This document shows, one piece after another, positions 11,601-25,203 of a DNA stretch of 64,000 nt. Position 1 is the stretch's first letter. Each line of letters begins with the position of its first letter. A program made the translations under genes and the position numbers. The notes under the pieces were generated by a model, which saw only the letters and a list, made by a program, of their open reading frames with translations, made no database searches and was not told the origin of the DNA. The DNA lies in assembly GCA_951406725.2 (NCBI GenBank), contig OX597817.1:111104001-111168000 (forward strand), in the 5' to 3' direction. This DNA comes from Octopus vulgaris. Lineage: Eukaryota.

Positions 11601-13502
11601 ATGGATTATTGTTTTCTGTTTGGATATCAGGTCATGGTTGATTAAGTCTTTAATTTCACAGTGCTGTAACTTAGGATACTGAATTTGATGGTTGGAATTG
11701 ACATGTCATATTTATAAGATATTTGGTTTCTTCTTTGTTGCATTAGTGTTCATATTGAGCTAACCATCATTGGTTAACATGCACAACAGTAAAACTGAAG
11801 CAGGAAATTAGCAGAGTTATTAAGTATGTTAGACAGAATGCTTTGTAGTATTTGTTCCAATGCTCTGTACTCTAAGTTCAAAACCTATTGACTTTATCTT
11901 TCATGCTTTTGAGGTTGATAAAACATACCAGTCAAGAGTGATAAGATTGGCAGAACTTGTGGAGCATTTGATGAGATTCCATGTGGTAACTGTACTGGCC
12001 TGTGATAATATGGTGCCAAGCTATATCATAACCCAAGTCAATAGCCTTTCCTTTGGACAAACATTGGTAGCATAGAATGGGAAAACTTGCAAGCATGAAC
12101 TGCTGGTCTTTCTTAAAAGATTTTATTCCAGTGTGCAGGTGCATGGGTCAACATTGATCAACAGAGACCCTAATAAAGCCAATAATGAGTACTTCTATGT
12201 AGTTGTTTCAGTTGTTCATAATCTCAGGCAAAAGTTTCTCTTTTAGCATCATATTGGAAGTTTGGAATTTCTGAATTTTAGGATAGCACATCCGTAATAG
12301 AGATAGAGTCTCACAGACTAGATAGACTGGTGGCTGATTATTGAAGTTTAAGCCACATCAACACATTGAAGGTCTTATATCTTTTCATGTTAAGTGCTGA
12401 ACTTGAGAGTTGGCCTTTGGTGTTTAATTGGCTGTGTTCCTAAAAAGGGTCTGCTTAGAGGTGATAGGGAAGGAGTGATATACTCAATGACACTGACATC
12501 ATTAACTAACTAACTAACAAATATTACTTCTGTATTCTTAATTTATGATAGTGAACTGGAAGAATTTTGTGTATTGAACAAAATACCTTGTGGTATTTGT
12601 TCTGACTTTTTAATTCTGAGTTCAGATCCCACCATGGTCAACATTGCTTTTTATCCAGAGATGGTGAAGGTTAGCACTTGCTGTGGTTAAAAAAAAAATT
12701 GCTTTTCACATGACTAGGTGGTCATCCATTTTGAAGGCATTTGTTTGATTGTGTTGTGGTTTTACCTGTAAAGATGTGAAGTGCACTATTTTGTGTTGTA
12801 GTTTGTTCAAGTCTTTTGTAGAGAGATTAAAGGTCAAACAAGAATGGTTTAATTCATGATGAAGCTAATATATACTTTTATACATTAGTGTTGTTGTTTC
12901 TGTGTGATGACCAAATATACTCCCTGTGAAAGTTTCTTATTTGTGTATTGTTTAGTTTTTTTTTAATTATTTTTTCCCATCTATATGTGGTGTAGATGCT
13001 GCAGGTAATTTCTAGTAGATTGTTATCTTGAACACCATATGTGTGTGTGGTATGCTTATGCATTTAATGTGTTGTTATCCATGTCAGCTGAGATTAAATA
13101 GATAAGGTTTGGAGGGAGTGTTTTATGGTTGGCTATAAACCACTTGACTTTAAAGTGCTACCTATTTTTCACTTAAGATAACAAAACCTTAGGAAATGTC
13201 TTGCTTCAAAACATTTGGATAAACTTACAATAAAATTTCAATTTGAGTCATCAGTCCAACCCTCATTACTCTTTTTAGCATCCCCCTTGAAAATAATGCT
13301 GTATAAATATTACATATTACTTTTTTTTTCTTTTTCTGGTTTCAATAAATGACTATCCATACTGAGGTATTGTCTTTGGGTGTTTTAGTCAGTTGTGATC
13401 AAACTCAGAAAATATTTTAGTCTTGTATTTATTTTGCAAAAAGGCTAAGTTACTGATTTTTAGATAAAAGGTGTGCAACATTGGTTCACATCAGTAAATC
13501 TG

Positions 13503-13505
<3 letters not shown>

Positions 13506-13545
<40 letters not shown>

Positions 13546-13553
13546 TGTGTGTG
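13506..13553. repeat. (AG)n(TG)n compound microsatellite
   Basis: Direct reading. Confidence 0.95.
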
Positions 13554-13763
13554 TTGAAGATAATTTCAACAAGTCAAGAATTTTTTCCTATGGTCTGTTT
13601 AAGTATTCCTTTCTTTGCCCTTGTCATCCAACTTCATGCCATTGTCCATTCTGAGTTATTTCTCTTTGCCCATTTTTGTTTTAAATATGCAAATTACCCT
13701 ATGTCATAAATGTTCTCTTTTTGAATTTGTGTCTAAGTCTTATGTCTGGCTTGGGCCAAGGTA

Positions 13764-13825
13764 GGGCAACTCTGTGCTGACGACATCCATTGATACAGAA
13801 CTATATGTTCACAGATCTCTTGTCT
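13764..13825 (+). ncRNA. Possible degenerate type I hammerhead
   Basis: UCUGUG-CUGACGA-cAUC cauu GAUac-AGAA-C uauau G-UU-CACAGA. Stem I is a perfect 6 bp, extended by GGGCAA/UUGUCU. The GAAA box is altered to AGAA. Confidence 0.4.
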
Positions 13826-14064
13826 CCAGAGAGAGAGAGAGAGAGAGAGAGAAGAGAGAAGAAAAGACTGTCATGCTAATTCTGGAGAATTGTTGATTGC
13901 TTGAGATTATCACCCCATTTCATTGTCAGGCACAAATGCCACTAGATGCTAGTTTAATATTCTCTCAGAGCAAAGATAATTTCAATAAATTACAGTGTAT
14001 CAATTTGTTCTTGGCCAAAGGTTTTCTTAGCAATTATGGAACCACACATCCATACCTACACTTA

Positions 14065-14360
14065 TACTGATTCATTAGTGATTAGAAACATTCAGCTCAT
14101 GTTTGTAAGGTCATGAGTTCAATTCCTGGTGGTGTATTATGACCTTGAGTAAGACACTTTATTTCACATTGCTCTAGTCCACTCAGCTGACAAATATGAG
14201 TAGTATATATATTTCAAAGTGCAGCCGTGTCACATTCTGTCACACTGAATCTCACTAACTGAGGAGTCCTCAGCCACTCGCACATTAATTTCATGAGCAG
14301 GCTGTTCCAGTGATCAGATCAACTGGAACCCTCATCATCGTAACCGACAGAATGCTAGTT
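14065..14360 (+). mobile_element. tRNA-derived SINE (head, conserved central domain, tail type 1)
   Basis: A/B-box-like tagtgattaga...gagttcaattcc; central domain ccttgagtaagacacttt..ctagtccactcagctg; tail gatcagatcaactggaaccctcatcatcgtaaccgac. Confidence 0.8.
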
Positions 14361-15246
14361 ACACTGATTCATACACATATGTGCTTTTGACCTGATTTTA
14401 GGTACATTTCTTAAGCAGGTATTTCATTTTCTTGTGGAATTGCTTTTGCAAAGAAGGAAAAGTTGCTTCAAAATATTTAAGATGTATAGACTAAGATTAT
14501 CTACATAACTATAAAGTAGAAGCAGCATTTCCAAGTGAATATAACATTTGAAAAACTATGTGATACATCTTGTGTTCAATTCGACTGCAGGTTTTCCATT
14601 GTGTATTTAGACAGAAGATTTAAGTCTGCATGCTACAGTTGACAGATTTGTCAGTAATAAATAGCATATCATCCGGGAATGCTATCTCAAAGGAAGATTT
14701 TTCAAATGCTTCATGCCAAGGAATTAAAGTTAATCGGGATTTCAGAAACTTTAAATTTACCTAAGCTAGGACATAGGTAGAGGAAATGAAGGCGAATCCT
14801 CCTCACCAATAGACACAGCTCAGTATTTTCAGCCAAGAGAATAATAATGTTCTTATTTATTGTGGATAGCAAAATTATTGCTCTTAGTTTAGAAATAAAG
14901 ATCCCTACTTTTAAATCCAAGTTGTGACTTGAACTTGGACCATGTATATGTACCCACCAGATATGATGACTGGAGATCAAAATGAAATGTTGTGTGTGTG
15001 TGTGTGTTTACATACAGTACATATAGACTCTGAAAATTAGGTTTAATAATCTGGAAAATTATAGTCTTATTAACTCATTGCAAAATGTAACTATATAATC
15101 CATAATTTTAAACCCCAATATCTCATGTGCTTAGCCTTTGAATAGCTTTTCTTTGAATGTAAATATCTGTATTCAATCCATGAACATTGAGAGCTGAAAA
15201 CTTTTAAAGGTGAAATTTTCAAAATGAAACAGATATGGGTTTAAGA

Positions 15247-15571
15247 TATAGGTTCTCAAAGTGGGCACTACCACTCCCTGGTGGGCATTGAGACAGTCCA
15301 GATGGGGACTGGTGCCTAAGGGGACGGTAGAGAAAAAGGAGGCGTTGAGAGGAAGGCAGTAAATTGGGGGACGCTATAAATTTATTATAATATTATTATA
15401 GTACTGTATACGAATTATATAATATTATATTAAATATCAAATGATTTGTAATATATATATAAATTAATAACATATAAAATATTTATTTCTACATAAAAAT
15501 AGGGGTGGGAGTGCTGAGGGTATTATGTGGCCATGAGGGTAGCTGTGGCCCAAAAAGTTTGAGAACCTCTG
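15247..15571. mobile_element. hAT (Charlie-like) MITE with 8-bp TSD
   Basis: TIRs (ta)taggttctcaaa / tttgagaacctctg. The identical 8-bp flanking duplication gtttaaga lies at 15239-15246 and 15572-15579. Confidence 0.9.
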
Positions 15572-16789
15572 GTTTAAGATAAAGCATTGTGATCAGGTTC
15601 TTTGTTTGAAAAAATTGTAATTTTATGGAAAATGCTTTGTAGTTTTCTAAGCTAATACACTTATTTGAAATATGTGTTTGATACTGATTTCACTGAGCCA
15701 CTCTCTATTGGAATAAATTTAGTTCAAATTACCACATTTGTTGATTTCTCTTTTTGTCAGCTTTTAATAAATAGTTTTTGTTTCGCTTGTAAACAATATT
15801 TTTTTTATTTATGTTGGCTGGGTCAAATGTATACAAAAAGATAGGTCAAGATTTCTGATAGCCTTTAAAACCTAAGGACAAATAATGTAACTTAAAGACA
15901 CAAATTAAACTTTTCTGCAGTCATTATATATCTATCACTTGATAAGCATTGTGTCATTGTAGTTCGATATAAAATTTCACACATTGGTTTATTGTTACTC
16001 TTTTCATAGTTACAATTGATATTTGATGGACTAGTCAAGCCTTTAGTAGCTAATTTCTCTAGGAGTAATTTTTACTCCAATAGTATTGTTTTTTCTTTTC
16101 TTTCCACTTCTCAAACACAAGTCATGGTGATTAACTGGCTTCAAATATGTTCTGTTGTGTTATTTATACTGTTGATATCCCATTAACTAATTCAGCTGTG
16201 GAAATGTAACTGTAAGATATCAATTTACTAAGCTTTAGCAAGCTTTAATGTTGTACTGGTGGGAAAATTAAACTTATTTTATTCATTGTTCAAACCATAA
16301 ACATTAGCAGGAAAAGACACAATTAGCTATTTTTAAACAATAAAGAAACTATCTTTATACACTTGAATGAACAGGAAAAAATATTCCTAAACATTTATCT
16401 TCTACTTGGAGCCCAATAAAATCTTTTAAAGGTGATTAAACTACATGAACCTGAACTTTTGATCTTTTCTCATATTAAATACATAAATTTCACACACATT
16501 TTACAACTCCTTATTATGCACGTTTTATTTCACACATAAATAATTAGAGAGTTTTGTGGAAAAAAGAAAATAAGAAAAAGAAATGAAATGGTAATTTCTA
16601 ATCCTTAAGTTATCCTCTTTCAAAATTAATTTAATATGTTTACTCGCATTAATTACCTCAGTAAACAGTGCAAGTGTTCAGAATCAAAATCATCATCATT
16701 ATCGTATCATCATTTTATGCCTATTATTTTTTCTATTTTTCTGTTGGCATGACTTGGACAGGTCTCCCAACGCCATGCTACATGTGAAA

Positions 16790-16980
16790 GCCCCTACATG
16801 ATCACTCCACCTATAAGAAATAGTAGCCAAATCTCCCCCTAAAAAAACATACTTTACTGTATTAGAAACAAAAACGATACATAAGATAATGTATTTCTAA
16901 AAACTCATAAAGATATGAAATGGTCTCAGCTGGAACGATTATGTCTAATTGATTCATGTTGACCTGGGGCTACACCACAG
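16790..16980 (+). mobile_element. Representative copy of abundant old SINE-tail family B
   Basis: Motifs gaaatagcagccaaatctccc...gataatgta...gacctggggcta. Related decayed copies lie near 5700, 8340, 9960, 17410, 18540, 22790, 24410, 30620, 36530, 37925, 45020, 45170, 46370, 47550, 49650, 51520 and 61450, in both orientations. Confidence 0.75.
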
Positions 16981-18264
16981 CAACCACTACCAATCTTTGT
17001 TGTGAATGTTGTTTTTCTTTTCTGACACAGAATTCAGTGGACAAAAGATGCTTCTGTCATTGGAGTTTGAGGGAAAAATACACTGCTTTTGTTAATTATA
17101 CAGTACATTAACATTACTCTTTTAGATCATGTCATTATTCTAAACCAGCAGTTCTTAACTTGAAGAAAATTTCTCACCCAAAGGGAAAATCCAGGATCCC
17201 AGGGGAAATTTGGGTGACTTCAGCCAGAGTAATTTTTTTAGTTTGAAAAGTTCTTTATCATTTTTCTCTTTCTTTTTTCTATTAGATTTAGAGTCCTAAC
17301 TGTTGATTTTAAACAGTTTTTAACAAATTGTGTTGTATACAAAACTGCTTTTTTCTTATCACATGTAGAGAAGGGAATTAGAATGGTGACCTGACAAAGG
17401 CAAGTGGAATGCAAAAAAATCTCACACTACTAGCCCAAATCTTTGACTTATTGGATAATTTAGTCCTAGTTATATACTATGATGAGTTGATTAATGTTGG
17501 AATACTTTTGATCATAAGTCTGGTTGGCTAGAACTGACCTGAGGTCAAATAGCAGCATGTTAAAAAGCAATTTAAAAATAATAATTAATCAAAATGTAAC
17601 AGAAAGACGAGTGAAGTAAAAAGGGAAGACCATTTATGAATTATTGTTTTGTAGCATTTAAAAAACCCACATGATTGTGCATTCAATATTTTGACTAATT
17701 GACATTAAGTGGTTGAATATTCCACAGACCGATGTCCTTTAATGTACTTCTCAAGCTGAATCAGCTTGACACATTGTGTCAAGGTTGTACCTTAGAATTA
17801 CAGGTATGAAGAGAGAGAGAGAGAGAGATCAGTACCTGATTCATATTTTATTTATTAACCCTGAAGGATGTAAAGTTAAATTGACCTCAGCAAGATTTGA
17901 ATTCAGAATAGTGCAGAGAGCCAGAACAAATGATGCAATTTGTTCCAACACACTAATGATTCTGTCAATTCATCAATAATGAACCTAAGATAATAAAAAA
18001 TGGAACTGATCTGCAATTGATAGAGAAGTTTCATTAGAATTTTTCTACTCTTCCTGTAAGATATTAAAGATTCATAGCAGAGTGTTTTCTAGAGGTTTTC
18101 TGAATGCTTTTGGTGCCAACCTGCTGTGTTTGTTGCAGTATTTTTGTCATTGCTAATATTTAACTCCAGGTCAAGTGTGGCTGAACAAACCTCTGAACAA
18201 AGACATTTCAGCCACAACCATCTCATACTATTTATGCTATTATATTATTGCATAATACATTGCC

Positions 18265-18500
18265 CATCATCATCATATGCTTGTTTTCCATGCTGGTATG
18301 GGTTGACAGGAATGGTTTGATAGGAATTGGTAAGACCAGGGGTTGCACCTGATCTCATAGTCTATTTTGGCATAGTTTCTACTGCTGGATGCCCTTCCTA
18401 ATGCCAACCACTTTACAGAGAGTACTTGGTGCTTCTTACATGGCACCATCACCAGTGATTTTTATGTAACACCAGCGCCAGTGCTTTTTACATGGTATAT
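18265..18500 (-). mobile_element. SINE/RTE-related repeat with GGAAGGGCATCC motif and (GAT)n tail
   Basis: catcatcat..ttttccatgctggtatgggttg...ctggatgcccttcctaatgccaacc. Related copies lie near 16700, 24310, 29710, 42410 (opposite strand) and 44450. Confidence 0.7.
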
Positions 18501-19715
18501 TATAAAGTGTTTATCATGTATTCACATTATAAACATTGTATATTATCCACTCAGGACTACATTAAATAATGTGTCCTTTCTGTTTAATTAAGACAATAAG
18601 TAATTATTTGTGGGAAATTTGGTTACTGTTTCTAACAGATTAAATGATCATGTAGAAGTCTTCTTGTTGATTTGTATAAGTTTGGATGTTGTGGTGGAGA
18701 CAAATTTTCAGGTTGGGTCCGTCATAAAAAAGTATATTCTGTAATCAACTTTTATTGGGAAATATGTAATTGTTTTTCACTATGTTATATTTGCATTCAA
18801 GTAAAGCAAAAAAGATGAAACTATTGATTTTAGCATTCACTTAAAGTTCATTGATAGCAAACCACTACTTGCTTTATTTTTTTTTTAGTTGTTAAAATAT
18901 CCACCAGTTTATTTTACTATTTTCATACTATTTTTACTTCATATTGTTCTTGAGTCCCATGCAAGTCCTAAGTTTGCCCTAATCAAAGACTCCCATTTAT
19001 CATTAATGGTTTATCTTTATTTTTTAAAGTTTAGAATGTCATTTGTGGGTGATTTAGTTGCTATTTCTACTAGATCAAGCAACCAAGGAAAGCTTTTATC
19101 ATTGGTGCATGTTTTACTTCTTGTGCAAAGGCTTTTTTATTAATGTAATTCTGGTGTATATGTGTCAGTGATGATGTATTCTTGATATTAAAATGTATTC
19201 CAAGTATTTTTAAGGTAATCTCTCTAAAATCTCTGTGGAGCCGTTAGCTACATCAATAATTGTTACTATTCTAGTCTTGACAGCTTCACATATTTCCTTA
19301 TCACTCTTCCATTTCCATATGGTACTAGGAAAGTTATTCAGTTATAAAACTTTTCTAATTAGATGTGTATGCATCAGTGAACATAATGTTACTTTACCCA
19401 CATAGATTAATATTCTGTCTGTACTATATATACAATTGTCTAACCCTTAACATGATTCTATAGTTATAAATGATAGTTGTGATCATTATTTTTCGCAGAC
19501 TCTGGAAAGTTTAAAATGTCTTGATGTATTTAGTTATGTGACCTTACAGTTTGAGTTCACATCTTGCTCACAATGACTTTGTATTCTGTATTTGTGGAAT
19601 CGATAAAATATATTTTAGTCAAATACTGGGATATATTTGACTTTATCTGTGCTCCCCAAAAATCTAGGACCATATACTTAATGTTAGTTATCATTTTATT
19701 ATTATGCCAAACAGC

Positions 19716-19920
19716 AAGGTGGTGAGGTGGCAGAATTGTTAGCATGCCAGGCTTAGTGGCATTTCATCTCTCTTTACATTCTGAGTTCAAATTCCACTGA
19801 GGCCCACTTTGCCTTTCATCTTTTTGGAGTTGATAAAACAAGTACCAGTTGAGCACTAGGGTTGACTTATTCTCTCCCTCAAACTTGCTGACCTTGTGCC
19901 AAAATTTGAAACCCTTATTA
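19716..19920 (+). mobile_element. Near full-length SINE family A copy
   Basis: aaggtggtgaggtggcagaattgttagc...ctgagttcaaattcc...cttgtgccaaaatttgaaaccc. Other copies lie near 11800, 12550, 17830(-), 23400-23660(-), 28185 (internally deleted), 47340(-) and 56540(-). Confidence 0.85.
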
Positions 19921-20185
19921 TGTCAAATAGCTGCTCTCATATGTAATACAAATTCAGATACCAGCCAACTTCATCGTAAGGATTACTCAGCTGCCATCTT
20001 TTAACTTCAAAGAGCAATCAGTTTTCTTTTGTCTGTAGTTATAGTGAAAATGGTTGTATGGTGGACAATATATAAGGGGCTGAGGATAGATAGTTTACTC
20101 TTGGATAATATGGTTGAAGGAAAATAGTTTAAGAGAGCACTTAGCATACCAAATAAAAATATGATAGGGCCTGACATATGTAATA

Positions 20186-20696
20186 TATAGGAATCACTTG
20201 CCATGTCGTGGTTCACCTATCATACCCTCATGGATTTTTCTGGCTAATATATGGAAATTTATATTGTGTACTTCTCAGTATATTGCCGTCAATAGGTATT
20301 TATATTTTTCCGATTTTAATTATTTCTGTGATAAAATGAACATTTTCACATCTAAAAATTAACAAATAAAAATACAGTACTGCACTGTATAACACATTAA
20401 TTAAAATATATTATAAGAAAGTACATAGTGTACCATAGATGAGTAAACAAAGAATCGCACATACTGTATGGAAAACGGAACTCGGGAGGTGAAAGAAGAG
20501 AAGATATGGGTACTCCTAAGAGTGTGGGGAGAGTTTATAAAAGCTTAAATATATAAAAATAATAAAATGAATGTATACAAATTATAAAAATAATAAAAAG
20601 ATGTACAGTACAGTACTGTTTCTACTTCACTGATTTTCACCTATCGTGTTTTTTTTTTTTTAACGTAACACACACAATAGTTGAAGGAATACTGCA
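20186..20696. mobile_element. Tc1/mariner-superfamily (pogo/Tigger-like) MITE
   Basis: Degenerate TIRs tataggaatcacttg / tgaaggaatactgca (CAGTAATCCCTCG-type), and the subterminal repeat ttcacctatc near both ends. Confidence 0.7.
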
Positions 20697-22344
20697 GTGA
20701 GCTGTTAAACTTCAACTAGCTGAGATTATCCAAGCAATTTGTAGCTCAAAACTCCTAAGGATATTTAAAATTTTAATAATAGCAAACAAAAGAGTTAATT
20801 CTCATCAGAGCAGATTACTGAAATATTTGATTTAGATTGACAATACTGATAAACTTCCTTACCTAGTACTACAATAATCAGACTCATTGGCCGGAGTTTA
20901 TCTACCTCCGACCAACAAGTCTGATGAGTTGCCAATACAGCTAAGTGTTTTATAGGTGCAAAATCAATGGTCACTCTCTGACCAGCAATAACTAACAACC
21001 TTCTAAGTGTGTGTGTGTAATATAATGATATATCTAAATAAAATGATGAAGCAATTTCTTTCTGACTTATGAAGGGGTCTTTTTTTTTTTTGCAGTCAAA
21101 CTAATTATTAGTAGTAGACTTCACTATATTAATATTTAAAGACTTGCTATGGGAAATTAGTTGCTTGACTGATATTAACAATTGTGCAGTATATATAGCA
21201 AAACTTATACATTTCCATTTTGAAAAGTCTTGGTAAAACTTAAAGTGACCAATAATGGATCCAATTAAATTTTATCAATTCTGAAAAGTGATATTAGTTA
21301 TGAAATGAAATGTGATGTCCTTAATTAGTTTGTAAGCTTTAGTGTACTGTAAAAGGAATTCCATATGTCTGTTTTAATATGTTGGTTATAATAAGTTATA
21401 ATGCTCATAAGCAGTTATATTTTAGAAAATATAGCATTGTTTGCAAGTTAGTCATTTGTTACACAAAACCCTCTATGTAGTTTCTATATTATATTTCTTT
21501 TTCATAAATACTTTTTTAAAAATCATATTTCTTAAAACTCTCATTTTGTTTAAGATAAAAGTGACTGTTTTATTTTAACTCTTTTTCTCCTCCAATAGCT
21601 GCTACCACTGCCTATTGAGTACTTTATACCTTTAGATTGTCCCTCCTCAATAAAGATGTAAGCATGTTTGAGTTCAGTACATTTTTTTTAGGGCTTTTAG
21701 TCCACCTGGAAGAGATTTATAATAGTCTCTAGGCAAGATTCTGAACTTAGATGTCACAGAGCTGTATTACGAGACATCCTATCCAATGCTTGATAATTCT
21801 GCAGTCCACCATCATGGACTGGTAATACGATAAGTTGTACTTTTCATACTAGGTAGGAATATTCTATAAATACTCCTTTGTCTTTTATTTACTGGTAATA
21901 TTATATATTTATCTTGTCAACCATTAACTGCAATTACTTGCATGCTAAAAATATTTAATGCATCAATCATGGATGGAAATAGAATGACCTCAATCAATCA
22001 AGTTAAAATATGATATAGGCCGTAGGTGGAATATGATATATACTGCAGTTGTCTATAGATCTGCATTGTTCTCACTGGCCAGCATCCTATCCTGCTTGTT
22101 TTAACAACAGAATTCCGTGATGTTAATCCTCAGTAAAGTGTAACCATGCTTAATTAATAAATGACTGTCCATCTCCAGCAGTGCTGTGCACACAAGTAGC
22201 AGAGTACAGTTTTGTTGTAATTCATTGAAGGAGGACAACTGATTTTATTCAATGTTGTTATTATGTTTATAAGGCATGGGAGACTGAGAAGTTTAGATGA
22301 TCACAGGTTAACCTTTATGTGTATATGCATATATAAAAGTTAAC

Positions 22345-22377
<33 letters not shown>

Positions 22378-22379
<2 letters not shown>

Positions 22380-22572
22380 AGAGTTCACAAAAAGAAACAA
22401 AAGACGAAGACAGGCGGTGTACAAAACAAACAGATGTATTAGTATAACGCTCAGGAATAGAAAAAGTCTTTTATGTTTCGAGCCTACGCTCTTCTACAGA
22501 AAGGGACATAGAGAAAAAAAAAAAACAAGGAGAGAAAAAAATGTGTGTAGGGCTACCGATCTATCATGGCGA
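22378..22572 (-). mobile_element. Short CpG-retaining element inserted beside (TA)n, carrying a hammerhead-like motif (probable Penelope pLTR fragment)
   Basis: Flanked by (TA)n at 22347-22377 and by (TG)n. Minus strand 22503-22468 reads CUUU-CUGUAGA-A-GAGC guag GCUC-GAAA-CAUA-AAAG. Confidence 0.55.
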
Positions 22573-22984
22573 CTGATATGTGTGTGTGTGTTAATTTTCT
22601 ATTAATTTTTATAAACATGATGATGACTAAATTTCTCATATTAATTTTTGGAACTAACACCAGATGACTTAAAAATTGTTAAGATACCATATCAAATTAG
22701 AAAGATCATTTCTAAACTAATTTGATGGCAATGCCCCAGCATGGCCACTGCCCTTGAGCTGGAACTAGTAAAAAAAGTATCTAATATGCCTTCAACAAGT
22801 CAACCTATGATCAAAGGAATTTTAACCACGATCATCTTTTTCACTCAAGATTTTCCTATCTAGGGCTACATCATCATATAATATATCTCTCCTACAAAAA
22901 AGTAGGACATAATTTAAGGAAGATTTTGGTGCTATTTCTAGCTGGTTGAGGAACCTTAAAGCAGTTACTTTGTTGACTCTAATT

Positions 22985-23220
22985 CATCATCACATGCCAA
23001 ACTCAGTGTCAGAACTATAGCAACTACTTTCTTCCATTGCGATTCTATTGGCATTTAAACATCTTACATCTCTAGGGGTAAGGCTAATCCACTTTTTGAT
23101 ATTGTCAATCCATGTAGTTATCTGTGTCCTTGGAAAAAACAACAACTTCTTTTCAGTGTACCTTCAGCTCTAATTATGTGTTGCTTAAATATAGTTACCT
23201 CATCAAAACGAAACCTTCAT
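22985..23220 (-). mobile_element. RTE-like LINE 3' fragment
   Basis: Minus strand EGTLKR/..TWIDNIKKWISLT matches the RTE C-terminal WIDNIK.W motif. It ends in a GAT-type tail. Confidence 0.55.
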
Positions 23221-23958
23221 CTTCACCAGTATACAGGAAAATATCCTTATATCATTGTTTAAAAGTTAAGTATTAACCTTTATAAAGATATCAATTGTGC
23301 TGTCTATCTTTTATACCTTGTCACTTGGCAGTCATTTGCAATCATTATGACTTGGATCCAGTATACATCATGCCTTTACTCTTGTTTTAAAGGCTTGAGT
23401 AGAGAGGATGGTACCCCAGAACTTTGCCTGATACTTTATTTAATTGAGTTCAGAAGGACTAAATATCATAAGCCATACTCTCTGATGTTCTACTAATTGT
23501 GCCAATCCACCAACCAAGACTAGTACTTTATTTTATCTATTCTACCCTGCTTCCGTTATAGAAGGATGAAAGCCAAAGGTGGAATATAAACTCTGAATGT
23601 AAAGAGATAGATGGTACTTTATCTTATGCTCTAATGATTCTGTCAGTTCACTGCCCTAGTTTTCTGCAAATTAACAAGGTCTGTGATATCAATCATTTGT
23701 AATAAACTTTGTTGTGCACATGTATATATGTGCTGTTTTTCTCTCCCGCTAAGGTGTGATAGTCAGAGAAAGGGAGACAAGAACAAAAGGCAAATGATGC
23801 CATAGGTGAATCTGAAGTAACAATAAAATTTTTAAATTTTTCCCTTTCAACTCTGGTGTCTTTGAAATTTAAGCTGAACAAAAAAAATCATTCTGACCAG
23901 TATTTCACATCTGGAAGGAAAAATATTGTCAATATCTCTCTCTCTCTCTCTCTCTCTC

Positions 23959-24233
23959 AACTGTTTTCCCCAACCTTTTTGTAAGTTATAGGGAATAAGG
24001 CACTAAACAGATTATGACATTCATTAATGGTTTTATATATAAACAATAATTTTAAAACAGAGATTGTTACATACATTGCAAATTAATACACATGCACCAG
24101 CATAGTGCATTACAGACAGTTGGATTTTCTAAATGTTTTGACATTTTTGGATTTTCCTCATGAATTTACAAGCATACTTGTAGGCCATATGTAGTACACA
24201 AATATACTTGGACACAGTGGTTAAAAACATATG
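23959..24233. mobile_element. Decayed hAT-like MITE
   Basis: Degenerate TIRs ctgttttccccaacc / ggttaaaaacatatg. Confidence 0.45.
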
Positions 24234-25167
24234 GTCTAAATAATAATTATTTGCTAATTAATTAAATACTACCTAATTAAAAGGTGCTGTGTTACTATCA
24301 TCACTATCATCATCATCATCATTTTACGTCTGCCCTCCATTCTGGCATGGGTTGGATGGTTTGTCAGGAGCTAGCCAGGCATGAACCTGTACTACATGTA
24401 TATAGTTGTTGACGTCTAGATTAGTCCTCATTGCAAAGACCTTCGACCAAAGGCTTAGCAGCAGTGGTCATTTTTTTTAAAAACCCATAGGGTCTCTCAT
24501 ACTATATAATTCAAAGTGTTCTTCCATTTTTTTTCTAAGACATAGAAGTGTAATTTGAAGGAATTGCTATTTCTTACAGGTTTGCTCAACCATGTAGGAT
24601 TTTTTTTTTTGCTGCTAGAGTGTTACTATCTGCATTTTACTATGAGGTGAACTGAGTGAACAAATCTTAAACATAAACAACTGTTATTTTAATTTGAGCC
24701 AAGAGATCTAGTTATCTGCAATGCACTAATGTCGAAATGTGCATGTGCATACTGTTGTGCAGGAATAAAAACGTCTGTGAGAAAGAGATACAGATGAAGA
24801 AATTTCTGCAAGGTTAATGTCAATTGCTCATTAACAATATTGAGGTAATTCACTATAATTGATATTTTTCTATTCTCTTGGACTCAGTTTCTGAGTTGCA
24901 AGCTTAAATAATTGAATTCATATTTCCTTGAATTTCGATTTGAAAGTAAGAATTCTTCTGTCTCTCTCCCTCCCCTTCTCCCCTTTATCCTCCACCCTAT
25001 CCTCACATGCACTTTCTTCTCCCTCTCTCTTACATGTTCTATCACTTTTCTGCTTCTTTTTATATCCAATTCTCTCTCTCTCCTGTCCCCTCATTTTCTT
25101 GCATTTGCCTTTTTATATTCAACTTCAGTACTCATTAGCCAATTTATTCTTTATGAGTCTCTCCTTC

Positions 25168-25203
<36 letters not shown>

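Noticed and set aside
20915-20960. CUGAUGA followed by a GUUG/CAGC hairpin
   Set aside because: No GAAA, stem III or stem I partner.
22305-22346. ~42-nt hairpin aggttaaccttta...taaaagttaacct as a pre-miRNA
   Set aside because: Too short, and explained by a duplicated palindromic gttaac motif beside (TA)n.
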